Positions 27,048 through 36,283 of a stretch of DNA of 64,000 bases are shown piece after piece (within the stretch, counting starts at the first letter, position 1; each line of letters opens with the position of its first letter). The DNA is from a virus. Below the pieces are notes generated by a model. That model saw only the letters and a program-made list of their open reading frames with translations. It had not been told where the DNA came from and did no database searches. The stretch covers positions 1 to 64,000 of the IMG/VR virus record IMGVR_UViG_3300005077_000004; one strand, 5' to 3'. A program made the translations under genes and the position numbers.

Positions 27048-28121
27048 ATGGCAGTATTTAACGAAAAATACGTTTCATCCTTAGCTGTTGGTGGTGGTGA
27101 TGGGTCTATTGGTAATCCGTGGACTTTCCAAGAAGCTTTTGGTGGTGGTGTGGTGAATGCGTATGATCGTGTTAACGTCAAAGCAGACGGAACTTATACT
27201 CTATTAGCGAGTCTTGTTCTTAGCGTTCTTGGTCGCCCATTTATATTCCGAGGATATAAGGACGTAATAGGAGATGGATTTCAGGGGTGGAGACCTAATG
27301 GAAGTTTGATTACAAGTCACATGCCAGTTATCAACACTGATACTTTTCAATTACGCATCACGGCAAATGGAATACGACATTTTTTTCAATCCTTGAATAT
27401 TACCGGGAATGTCTCGGCTGGAGTTTCTCGACCATCTCTTTTAGAAATTGGAACCAATATCAATAGTCAGGGTGGCATTGTACAATGCAAATTTTACAAC
27501 AGTGCAGCGGGTGGACAATGTATTAGTATAGACACCACCACAGGATATTATACCACAGTCGTTTGTTGTGAATGTTTGTCTGATGGAATAAACATTTTTA
27601 CCGATGGTCAATGGCCATGCGTTATAGGATGTTCACTACAATCGATATCGTCCAATGCAATCTATGCGGGGTTACATGTTGGAAATCTGATACATGACTG
27701 CGGAGCGAACGCAGTAGATTATCAATTCCATTCCGTAGCAAATTCAATTGTCAATTGCGCGGGAGGATATTTTATCGGATCAGCCAGAACCCACGCAGCA
27801 ATTATAGGAAACATTATAACCGGAACAGGAAGAGCGTTAAATCGCGGCGATGCAAGAGTTGGAACGAACCTATTCAGAAATAGAAAACGAGATAATACCT
27901 CCGCTGATAACATGTACGATTATCCTGACGTTCTGGAAGTGACGAAAGATTTGGGTGGTGACGAACAAGATTATGTTGATGCGACAAACGACGACTATCG
28001 ACCTATCCCAGGATCTCCAGCGGCAAGATCGGGTCCGTTCGATTGGTCTGATCTTGGTGCCTTGAGGTCTATGGATCTTTCAAACTCAGCCAAAGCATCT
28101 GCTGCTCCTGGAAAAGCATAA
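27048..28121 (+). CDS. right-handed beta-helix protein, paralog 2
   Basis: N-terminus KYVSSLAVGGGDGSIGNPWTFQEA. C-terminal NRKRDNTSAD...GGDEQDYVDATNDDYRP...DLGALRS. Confidence 0.65.
   Translation: MAVFNEKYVSSLAVGGGDGSIGNPWTFQEAFGGGVVNAYDRVNVKADGTYTLLASLVLSVLGRPFIFRGYKDVIGDGFQGWRPNGSLITSHMPVINTDTFQLRITANGIRHFFQSLNITGNVSAGVSRPSLLEIGTNINSQGGIVQCKFYNSAAGGQCISIDTTTGYYTTVVCCECLSDGINIFTDGQWPCVIGCSLQSISSNAIYAGLHVGNLIHDCGANAVDYQFHSVANSIVNCAGGYFIGSARTHAAIIGNIITGTGRALNRGDARVGTNLFRNRKRDNTSADNMYDYPDVLEVTKDLGGDEQDYVDATNDDYRPIPGSPAARSGPFDWSDLGALRSMDLSNSAKASAAPGKA
27072..27125. repeat. 54-nt block, 51/54 identical to 26019-26072
   Basis: Hand alignment. Confidence 0.9.
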
Positions 28122-28133
28122 AGGAAATAATCA

Positions 28134-30020
28134 ATGGCAATGACGACCAGATATGTTTCTCCAACTGGTGCTGGGCTTCATGACGGGTCCAGCGAAGCTA
28201 ATGCTTGGTCAGTCAACGAAATGATGGCTAATGCGGTTGCAGGAGATCATTGCTATTACAAAGGTTCGTACTCAAAGAATACTCACGGAGCAATCAACAG
28301 TCCAACTAATGCTGGATCTAGTTCTCAATTTATTATTTGGGAAGGTTACAATACTGTTCCTGGTGATGGCTTCCAAGGGTTTAAAGAAAATGGAGGTCTA
28401 GTAACAACAAACTTCCCAACAGTTAATCTCCAGAACTCTCAAATCAATATGGGAGCGGGAGACAACTATTGGGAATTCCGTTCTTTATATATCACAGGAA
28501 CAGGTTCAGCGAGTTATGAATTACTAGATCTGTCTGGAAATAATTATACCATTCTTAGATGGCTACGTATAGAAGCAACTGGATCAAACGCAAGGGGTGT
28601 TGGTATATACAATAGTTCAGCAATTATCGAATGTGAGATTTCTGCCGAGAATAGTGGGGCAGTTTATCTAACCTACGACGACTCTATAATTATTAATAGT
28701 CGTGTTACCGCTCCAAATGCGATAGGGATTTATATTTCAAGAAACAGTTTTGCGGTAAATTGCATAGTCGAAAATTGTAATTATGGGATTGTGTGTGCGG
28801 GAACACAATTGGTTATATTATTGAATAATACAATTGCGAATATAAACAATTCAGGAATCGGATATAATCAAGCCGCCGCATGTCCGATATGTATTGGAAA
28901 CTCGATAACAGGTTGTGGAGGACCAGCCTTTGATGGATATAATGCAACACCTGTAGGAGCAATTAAACATCGGAACAGAACCAGAGACAATGTAGCAGCA
29001 GATGTCGGGCAAGGTGATTACGAATATATCGAGCATGTAACAACCGACACCGGAGGAGACGAACAAGACTTCTCTGATGCTCTCAATGGAATATACAAAC
29101 CCATATTTACATCTCCACTCACAGGTAACGGTGGATTTGAATACAACGACATTGGAGCGTTGAAGGCTATCGTTCCAACACCGGCAAGCGGATCGATGGA
29201 TGTTGGAGAAACGGATCCAGCCTTGTCGCTTGGAGATACATCAACCCTCTTAGGTGGAATCTCCTGCGGTATATCTGAAACCATAGGTTTGAGTGTGGTA
29301 GTTCAGAAGTATGTTGCAGCGGTATGGACTACGCAATCAACAATCTATTCGAGTTCATTTGCTGTTGTTGCAAGTACGGAGTACACCTTTACTGCAATCA
29401 ATGGTGCTGTAGATATGACGTATACAGCGGGAAGCACAGGACAATATCGCTGGTTGATTACTATGACACACGAGAATGGAAATACAGAAACATGGTCCGC
29501 GTACTTTGAAATTCAAGCTCTTGCCGTATTTCCACTCGAAGATGAAGTGTTGCATCCGATTGAATACGGACCAAACGGAGATGATTATCTAGGAACAATA
29601 ACCCTACCAACCGAAGTTAACGTTCTTTACGATGTGGATTATGGTGCGAACGGGGTCGAGTTTACAGGAAGGTATGTACCTGTTGGTGGACCAGACGATG
29701 TGTGGGAAGGAACTTCGTATGGGGTGGATGGTGGAACCATGGGAAATATACACCTTCCCGATGCAGACGAACTTCTCCTCGGAGTCGTTGTCGGACCAGC
29801 CGGTACTGGTGGTGACTTGATTGTTGGAACAGCAATTGAAGAACAACATACGGATGATGAAGTTATCGATACGGCTTCTGTACCTGGAAATTTTGTTGTA
29901 TCCACATTATCAAACGATGTTATTCTCGTAAGCGTAACCAATTGGGGTCTCGGTGGAGCAGGAACGGTAGAACCTGGGGGTGGAAACCCTCTCAAGATAC
30001 ATTTAAAACCAGGAAAATAA
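28134..30020 (+). CDS. right-handed beta-helix protein, paralog 3, with a C-terminal extension
   Basis: RYVSPTGAGLHDGSSEANAWS. Clear PbH1-like rungs (GVGIYNSSAIIECEI / NAIGIYISRNSFAVNCIVENCNYGIV). NRTRDNVAAD...GGDEQDF...DIGALKA, followed by about 280 extra residues. Confidence 0.65.
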   Translation: MAMTTRYVSPTGAGLHDGSSEANAWSVNEMMANAVAGDHCYYKGSYSKNTHGAINSPTNAGSSSQFIIWEGYNTVPGDGFQGFKENGGLVTTNFPTVNLQNSQINMGAGDNYWEFRSLYITGTGSASYELLDLSGNNYTILRWLRIEATGSNARGVGIYNSSAIIECEISAENSGAVYLTYDDSIIINSRVTAPNAIGIYISRNSFAVNCIVENCNYGIVCAGTQLVILLNNTIANINNSGIGYNQAAACPICIGNSITGCGGPAFDGYNATPVGAIKHRNRTRDNVAADVGQGDYEYIEHVTTDTGGDEQDFSDALNGIYKPIFTSPLTGNGGFEYNDIGALKAIVPTPASGSMDVGETDPALSLGDTSTLLGGISCGISETIGLSVVVQKYVAAVWTTQSTIYSSSFAVVASTEYTFTAINGAVDMTYTAGSTGQYRWLITMTHENGNTETWSAYFEIQALAVFPLEDEVLHPIEYGPNGDDYLGTITLPTEVNVLYDVDYGANGVEFTGRYVPVGGPDDVWEGTSYGVDGGTMGNIHLPDADELLLGVVVGPAGTGGDLIVGTAIEEQHTDDEVIDTASVPGNFVVSTLSNDVILVSVTNWGLGGAGTVEPGGGNPLKIHLKPGK

Positions 30021-30021
30021 T

Positions 30022-31308
30022 ATGGCATTAGACGTCGATGTGAATATTGAGATTGGTGAAGTATCCGTCCTCAACGGAACTCTTGTTCTAGGATTAACTG
30101 CTGAGGTTGATATCTCAGCGGTTGTTCAGAGATATGAATCCTCGACTTGGGTTACTAAGTATAGTTTCGGTCCATTCACTGAAACACTGACGGGTACGAT
30201 TGTGACAGAGCTATCCGACATTGGAGACTTCAGTTTTACTCCCAGCGAGACCGGAGTATACCGCTGGGTTCTAACGGTTGATGTTCATGATGACGACGAT
30301 AATATCACATCAGAAGATTCATATGCTTACTTCGAAGTTGTCTCTGCGACAGGTCTAGCGCAACCTCTCCTCTCCGCTTCCGTATACACAGATGGAACAA
30401 GAAGAGTTAGTCTAATCATCACGGAGAGCGATTCCGAAGCAACCAACAGAATTTATATCCGAAGATCTGACGAAGAGTTCTCTGATACTCCAGACTTTAG
30501 TATTACCGGGGATGGATCCAAAATAGTTACCTTGGGAACCGGAAGTTATTTTGCCAAGGTTATTTCCGTCAAGGGTGCTATGTATGTGAACGGTAGAAAA
30601 GATCCGGTGGCGTTTACGATCTATTCGACTGTTACTGAGGAAGAGTCAGAGTCGTCTAGTGGCGAAACCAAAAACATTCAAAACGTCGAACTCCAGGGAA
30701 TAACCAATCCGTATTACGGAAACCAATTCATAGGTTACTTTATCAAGATTCCTCAAGTTGGATACTACCAAGATCCTGAAACTCGTGCTTTGAAATCATA
30801 TGTCGCGGATCGAATCAACGAAACGATTAGAAACATTTCCCTACCCGAAACAGCCATCCCGATGATTCCTATATCTTATTACGCACATCAGAACGAACAA
30901 TATATGGGTGTTGGTGATGGAGAACTCGGACAGATAACCATACGATTCGTGTTAGATAGATATCTTCACAACTACACATCGCTTCTCAATTGGAGTTATC
31001 TGAAGTACGACTGGACGTTTGGTGGAAAAAATCCAGACAACCAATTGTTAGACCGTAATCTTTTGGGAACGTTTGTCGTGGAGTTTCTTGATGCTGATGA
31101 AAAAAGATCAAGGAAGTTAGGATATAAAGTTATCATCGATTCTCTTCCGGGGATTTCTTTGGGTGTCGATACTCCGGATCAAATAGAATATGAAGCATTG
31201 TTCCGAGTTGTTGACATTGATACATCTCAATTTGTCATGGGGTCTCCTCTTCATGATAGAGTGGTTATTCATCAAAGTAATTCGGCGATAGTATCTCAAA
31301 TTACATAG
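30022..31308 (+). CDS. virion protein: N-terminal Ig-like module shared with paralog 3, C-terminal domain weakly reminiscent of T4 gp19/gp54 tube-family proteins
   Basis: The N-terminal about 110 aa align by eye with 29286-29519. The C-terminal SLPETAIPMIPISY...GQITIRFVLD pattern resembles the gp19-family LP..I..IP...T+.F..D layout (recalled from memory, weak). Confidence 0.5.
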   Translation: MALDVDVNIEIGEVSVLNGTLVLGLTAEVDISAVVQRYESSTWVTKYSFGPFTETLTGTIVTELSDIGDFSFTPSETGVYRWVLTVDVHDDDDNITSEDSYAYFEVVSATGLAQPLLSASVYTDGTRRVSLIITESDSEATNRIYIRRSDEEFSDTPDFSITGDGSKIVTLGTGSYFAKVISVKGAMYVNGRKDPVAFTIYSTVTEEESESSSGETKNIQNVELQGITNPYYGNQFIGYFIKIPQVGYYQDPETRALKSYVADRINETIRNISLPETAIPMIPISYYAHQNEQYMGVGDGELGQITIRFVLDRYLHNYTSLLNWSYLKYDWTFGGKNPDNQLLDRNLLGTFVVEFLDADEKRSRKLGYKVIIDSLPGISLGVDTPDQIEYEALFRVVDIDTSQFVMGSPLHDRVVIHQSNSAIVSQIT

Positions 31309-31316
31309 GAACACCA

Positions 31317-32093
31317 ATGAAAGAAAACGACACACAAAAACTACGCATCACCCAATCTATGGATGAATTGCTGGTCAAAACGATTGGAATCATGGAAACA
31401 CTTCCAGATCGTTTGACGAATCTAGAGAATCAATTACGATCTCTGGAAACCAAGTTTGCAAAACATGAGGGTGAACAAAAAGAAGGTATCGCCAAAACTG
31501 TTGAAGAACTCAAGAAGTCTTTTGAAGAGTGCAAGAAAACCAAGGTATCATCCAGCCTAAGCAAACAAATTGAAGACCTGGATACTCGTATAGCTGAGTT
31601 AGAAGAAAGTGTCAAACCTCTGATCGATGTATATCAAGAACGAGAAGAGACGAAAAAGACTATCACTCAGTACATCAAAGATGCTTTCAAAGCTGGTCTT
31701 GGTTATGCCATGCTTCCAATCACTATCATTATTCTCCTCTTCTTCGGATTGGATCCAAAGTATATTCCTTGGTATAAAGAACCAGAGCCGGTTGTTGTAA
31801 CACGAGCGGTTGATGCCATAAATGATTTCTGGCAGTGTGTCTACGAAAACGAAATCCAGGAGGATGATCTCAGGGATCTCATTTCAAAATACAAGGAATG
31901 TTTTATCGTTTCTTATTCTGACTCTTCGAATAAGCTCGACATAGAATATCAAGAGCGATTGTCTCGAACCAATCTCAAAAATCAAGAGCATATGTTTGTG
32001 TGGTTGCCGAAGCAATCACAGGATGGATTCGTTCAAGTCTATGATAAGAACGGAAGATGCGTTGGAGTCCGAATACGGGTTAGTAGGGGATAA
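31317..32093 (+). CDS. coiled-coil + single-TM protein (258 aa)
   Basis: Heptad-like N-terminus, then LGYAMLPITIIILLFFGL. Confidence 0.5.
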   Translation: MKENDTQKLRITQSMDELLVKTIGIMETLPDRLTNLENQLRSLETKFAKHEGEQKEGIAKTVEELKKSFEECKKTKVSSSLSKQIEDLDTRIAELEESVKPLIDVYQEREETKKTITQYIKDAFKAGLGYAMLPITIIILLFFGLDPKYIPWYKEPEPVVVTRAVDAINDFWQCVYENEIQEDDLRDLISKYKECFIVSYSDSSNKLDIEYQERLSRTNLKNQEHMFVWLPKQSQDGFVQVYDKNGRCVGVRIRVSRG

Positions 32094-32094
32094 T

Positions 32095-32697
32095 ATGTCA
32101 GATCTAAAAACAGAGAAGATTCATGATGCCACAACCAAGATATGGAAAATAATTGACGAGGATTCTTCCATAAAACATTGTCGCATAAATATTATCAATG
32201 GATTACAAGAAGTCTTTCATAAATACAAAGAGACTTTGGTTCATATAGAAAATGATAAATTAACCGTCAGGTTCTATAAAGACCATACACTTCTCTGTGC
32301 GGACCTGTTTGAAAAGAATGGATTCATGTCCACCGATTGGTTCAACTTTTATGTCTTCAATATCGGAAAGAATGGAAAATCTCTAGGTGAAGAAATAAAA
32401 GGTGTGGAACACGTAACTCGTGCTCTGACAAAGCGTTTTGATTCAAAGTATTATTCCACTCTGATCGTTTCAGCATTAGAGAAAAAAGACTTAGCGAAAG
32501 CTTTCGAAGAAGAAGTGGGGGAAGAGTGTCCGGTTGATAACTATAGATATCTTGGATACGATTTCGACGGTCTTATTATTCTAGATTACCTACAAAAAAT
32601 TCTACACACTCATAGCGCACAATTCTTATCAAGATGGCAATCAGCTATCATTCGGCTGGAAGAGTCTGAAAGAAAACTTTTAGCGTCAGCACAATAG
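32095..32697 (+). CDS. hypothetical protein (200 aa)
   Basis: Start MSDLKTEK lies 1 nt after the upstream stop. The longer annotated ORF overlaps the upstream gene by about 100 nt. Confidence 0.5.
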   Translation: MSDLKTEKIHDATTKIWKIIDEDSSIKHCRINIINGLQEVFHKYKETLVHIENDKLTVRFYKDHTLLCADLFEKNGFMSTDWFNFYVFNIGKNGKSLGEEIKGVEHVTRALTKRFDSKYYSTLIVSALEKKDLAKAFEEEVGEECPVDNYRYLGYDFDGLIILDYLQKILHTHSAQFLSRWQSAIIRLEESERKLLASAQ

Positions 32698-32707
32698 GGA
32701 GAATCGG

Positions 32708-34375
32708 ATGGGAATAACTTGGAGAGAGCTTTGGAATCGATACAACTTCTTTTCGGTGTCAGCACGACACTACGATCAAGAAGTAAAATCGATTACTCAG
32801 CCGATCAGTCAAGACGATCAAGCTGAATATGATATCAACTTCCAACAAGCCCTGGCAAAACTAGGATCAGATGAATCTATCGGAGGACCGGACTTCGGTT
32901 CCCTGAATTATATGAACTGGTTGTCGATGGCAGAAACCAGCAAAGAAACTCGAACACAGCAATATCGAGAAATGGAAAACAATGGATTCGTCAGTGCGGG
33001 AGTAGACGAGATTGTCTATAGCTCTCTGAATGCTGACGAGAAGGGTGAACAACTCTATCTGAAAATTAAGAACGAGGGATTTTCCGAAAACGAAAACATC
33101 AGAGAAAATCTTGTCAAAGAATTCAATTACATTCGTGACGATGTGATTGGTTATGCTAAGAATTTTGCTACCATGTTTCATGAATTCATTATGATGGGTG
33201 AATGTTGTCTGGAATTTCTCATACCACAAACAGACGTTCAACTTAGATCTCTCGGAATACTTGGAACCAAACTTCTTCTTTCTGAGCAGTACATGCCTTT
33301 CTACAACCCCGAGGGAAAGGTTCATGGGTTTGTTATTCGAAATCCGTGGGATGCGAACGTAAGAGTGTTGGGAGACCGAACCCAATTTGCATATGTTGAT
33401 TCTGGTAAATACGATTTCGTTGATGGTATCGGACCAGCCTGGGCGAAACAATATCTACCAAACCCGAGTCAAGGAAAGGTTCTAAGACTTGTACGGTCGT
33501 TCTTAGAGGAAGCACGTAAACCATATAAACAACTTGATGCTATCGAAGACAGCATTGTTATCTATCGATTCAGTAGAGCACCAGGACGATTGATTTTCAA
33601 TGTGGCAACTGGAAATCTACCTAAGAATAGAGCCGAACAATATTTACAGAAGATCATCAACAAGTATCGAAAAAAGGTAACATACAATTCAACAACAGGC
33701 GATATCGATCAAGCACAAAATACAAAAAACATCATGGAAGATTACTGGTTTGTGAAAGATGCAACCGGAAAAGGAACTGAGGTAACTACCCTTGAAAGCG
33801 GTGGAAACTTTGGAGACATCGAAGATCTAAACTACTTCCTCGCTAAACTCTACAGATCGATGAAGATTCCTATGACTCGAATGACTGGAGAAGCAGGATT
33901 CGATCAATCCCCACAAAAGAACACTGAACAAATCAAGTTTGAAAAATATATCTATGGTATCGTATGTCGGTTTGTGGATCTGATCAAACAAACATACATG
34001 CAACATCTTAAGATGAAAGGGGTTTGGGATCATTATAACATGAAACCAGAAGATATTGAAGTCGAAGCTGTGCCGCCAAGCTTCTTCACCTATATGAAGA
34101 ATGCAGAAGTTCTTGATGCACAATTCACAAGATTTGCAAACTTCTCGAATAATATCAACACCGAGACCCCTATCTTTGCAAAGCGAACTGCGTTGAAAGA
34201 AGGTATGGGTTGGTCTGATGAAAAGATTGCTCTCAACCAGAAGTGGCTCAAAGAGGAAGCGGCTGAGGGACAAGAGGAGGGTGGAGAATCTGAGGGTGGT
34301 GGAGAAACTCCGGAACCAAGTGGTGGTGAAGAAGAAGGGGAAGAAGCGGGTGGTGGTGGGGGCATTGAATTATAA
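32708..34375 (+). CDS. portal protein (T4 gp20-like)
   Basis: IEDSIVIYRFSRAPGRLIFNVATGNLPKNRAEQYLQKII...EDYWF...LESGGNFGDIEDLNYF matches the conserved portal core as I recall it. Size 555 aa. Gly/Glu-rich C-terminal tail. Confidence 0.7.
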   Translation: MGITWRELWNRYNFFSVSARHYDQEVKSITQPISQDDQAEYDINFQQALAKLGSDESIGGPDFGSLNYMNWLSMAETSKETRTQQYREMENNGFVSAGVDEIVYSSLNADEKGEQLYLKIKNEGFSENENIRENLVKEFNYIRDDVIGYAKNFATMFHEFIMMGECCLEFLIPQTDVQLRSLGILGTKLLLSEQYMPFYNPEGKVHGFVIRNPWDANVRVLGDRTQFAYVDSGKYDFVDGIGPAWAKQYLPNPSQGKVLRLVRSFLEEARKPYKQLDAIEDSIVIYRFSRAPGRLIFNVATGNLPKNRAEQYLQKIINKYRKKVTYNSTTGDIDQAQNTKNIMEDYWFVKDATGKGTEVTTLESGGNFGDIEDLNYFLAKLYRSMKIPMTRMTGEAGFDQSPQKNTEQIKFEKYIYGIVCRFVDLIKQTYMQHLKMKGVWDHYNMKPEDIEVEAVPPSFFTYMKNAEVLDAQFTRFANFSNNINTETPIFAKRTALKEGMGWSDEKIALNQKWLKEEAAEGQEEGGESEGGGETPEPSGGEEEGEEAGGGGGIEL

Positions 34376-34454
34376 TCCACAAATAAATTCTCTTTCTTAT
34401 ATACCCAAACACTAAATATGACAGATCCCTTTATTTTATCAAAGGATAGAAGAA

Positions 34455-35081
34455 ATGCCTAAACTGTTTTCGAAGGTGTTAAAAAAGATAGATTCGTTCC
34501 AAGAAGACTGTGCTGATTTGATTCTCGGGATGGAAATCCTTCTCGGTGAAAATGTTAGCATAGCCGACATCTCTGTCAACGCAACACCAAAAAAGAAGCT
34601 CAAAGAATCTGTTCTGATGGCAAAGGGTCGGGATGTAAAACGAATTGATTCTGAGGGGAACGTATCTACTGTCACACCGAAAGAAGTTAGAACAATTGAA
34701 ACGATGAAAAAGAAAGGTTATCAAACAAATGATTCGGATGGTGAAGAGAAAGACGATGAAGATTCAGAAGAGATCACTACTTCTGAGAAGGACAAAACCG
34801 GGGCATTGCGAGGAAAGATCATCAAGACAGAAAAAGAACTAGAGATAAACGATTCTCTTCGTGATTGGGTAAAAAACTACTTCCTCGCTCGACGACAGGG
34901 AAATTTCTCAGAAGCCGATATTTTGCGAGAAAGAATAGAATCGACGATATTCGAAAAGAATCTCGACAAAGAAACAGTTTATTATCGTGGTGAAGATGTG
35001 ATGAAAGACAAAGAAGAAAGAGAAAAGAAAGCTAGGGGTGATGAAGACGAAGAACCAGAAGATTTGGAATCAGAGGAATAA
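34455..35081 (+). CDS. acidic hypothetical protein (208 aa)
   Basis: ORF immediately after the portal gene, with D/E-rich tracts. Confidence 0.5.
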   Translation: MPKLFSKVLKKIDSFQEDCADLILGMEILLGENVSIADISVNATPKKKLKESVLMAKGRDVKRIDSEGNVSTVTPKEVRTIETMKKKGYQTNDSDGEEKDDEDSEEITTSEKDKTGALRGKIIKTEKELEINDSLRDWVKNYFLARRQGNFSEADILRERIESTIFEKNLDKETVYYRGEDVMKDKEEREKKARGDEDEEPEDLESEE

Positions 35082-35102
35082 CTTTATAGAGAGGAATTAC
35101 TC

Positions 35103-36263
35103 ATGTTGCACAACGTTCTAAAAAGACTCAAGAAACTCCAAGAAGAAGTTGAAGATATCCGAAAGGCACTCACTGAAACCATTCAAGAAGCCTTCGATCT
35201 CGAATCCATTAATGTCGAAGATCTTCTTAAGGAAGACGATGATGAAGAAGAGGATGGAGAGAAAGAGTCTAAAAAGAAAGATAAGAAAGTTCTCGATGAC
35301 GGATCGGTTGAGGGTGAAGCCGAGGGTGACGAGGAAGCCGGTGACGAGGAAGACGAGGTAGAAGAGGCAATGGAAACCGGAGAACCCGAACCCGAAGAGA
35401 AAGATGACGAAGAAGTCGAAGACGAACCCGAAGCAGAAATCGAAGCTGATGATGCTGAAGATGAAGACGTAAAAGCAGATTCTGAAAAGGAATCTGACGA
35501 AGAAGACGTTGAAGCTGAGGAAGAGGAAGATGGAGAGGAAGAAGGGGAAGAGGGGGATGAAGAGGAAGATAATGGTGAGATCGAAGAAGCCGATGGAGAT
35601 GAAGAGGGTGATGCTGCTCCTGAAGACGAAGAAGGATCTGGTGTAACTTCATTTGAATCTCTAGAGGTTGGTGATAAGTTCACCTTCGGATCTGAGTCTG
35701 GTGTGGATGGTGAGTTTGAGAAGATCAGCCCATCAGAATATACAGACGAAAACGGAAAGAAGTTCGCTGTTATCAATCCTCAAGGTCCGGTAGAGAAGGT
35801 TGAAGAACCAGAAGCTTCCGAAGCCGAACCAGAGGGAGAACCAGAAGAGGGTGGAGAGGAAGTCGCTGAACCTTCCGAAGGTGGAGAAGAGTCACCCGAA
35901 GCCGATGCTGGTGAAGTAGAGTCTGAACCAGAAGGAGAGGAAGAGGGTGGTGAGGCAGAACCAGAAGAAGAGCCGGAAGAAGAACCCGAAGAAAAGACAG
36001 AAGAGGATGAAGAGAACGAGGATGAAGCCGAAGACGAAGATGAAGTAGAAGAGGAAGAAAAGAAAACGAAGAAGGGTTCCGAGGATGAAGAAGAAATCGA
36101 GGAAGATAAGAGTCTTGACGATCTTATCGGAAAAATGATTTCCGAAGCTATTGGGGAAGAACCAAAACCAAAGAAGAACGGACAGAAAAAAGACAAGGTT
36201 TTGAAGGAAGATAAGAAAGAAAAAACAAAGAAGAAATCTAAGAAATCTTCCAAGAAGGCATAA
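35103..36263 (+). CDS. hyper-acidic low-complexity protein (scaffold-like or internal protein?) with a basic C-terminal tail
   Basis: Most of the 386 aa is E/D/G/A/P low complexity. The last about 40 aa are K-rich. The antisense Ser-rich ORFs are shadows of the GAA/GAG repeats. Confidence 0.55.
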   Translation: MLHNVLKRLKKLQEEVEDIRKALTETIQEAFDLESINVEDLLKEDDDEEEDGEKESKKKDKKVLDDGSVEGEAEGDEEAGDEEDEVEEAMETGEPEPEEKDDEEVEDEPEAEIEADDAEDEDVKADSEKESDEEDVEAEEEEDGEEEGEEGDEEEDNGEIEEADGDEEGDAAPEDEEGSGVTSFESLEVGDKFTFGSESGVDGEFEKISPSEYTDENGKKFAVINPQGPVEKVEEPEASEAEPEGEPEEGGEEVAEPSEGGEESPEADAGEVESEPEGEEEGGEAEPEEEPEEEPEEKTEEDEENEDEAEDEDEVEEEEKKTKKGSEDEEEIEEDKSLDDLIGKMISEAIGEEPKPKKNGQKKDKVLKEDKKEKTKKKSKKSSKKA

Positions 36264-36283
36264 TACAAACAAAAGGATGTCGT

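Noticed and set aside
32867-33451. 194-aa minus-strand ORF inside the portal gene
   Set aside because: It is antisense to a confidently identified portal coding sequence.
35183-36272. Four long minus-strand ORFs (197, 127, 162 and 126 aa) rich in Ser/Leu/Phe
   Set aside because: They are reverse-complement shadows of the GAA/GAG/GAT-repeat coding sequence of the hyper-acidic plus-strand gene. Their composition is pure low complexity.
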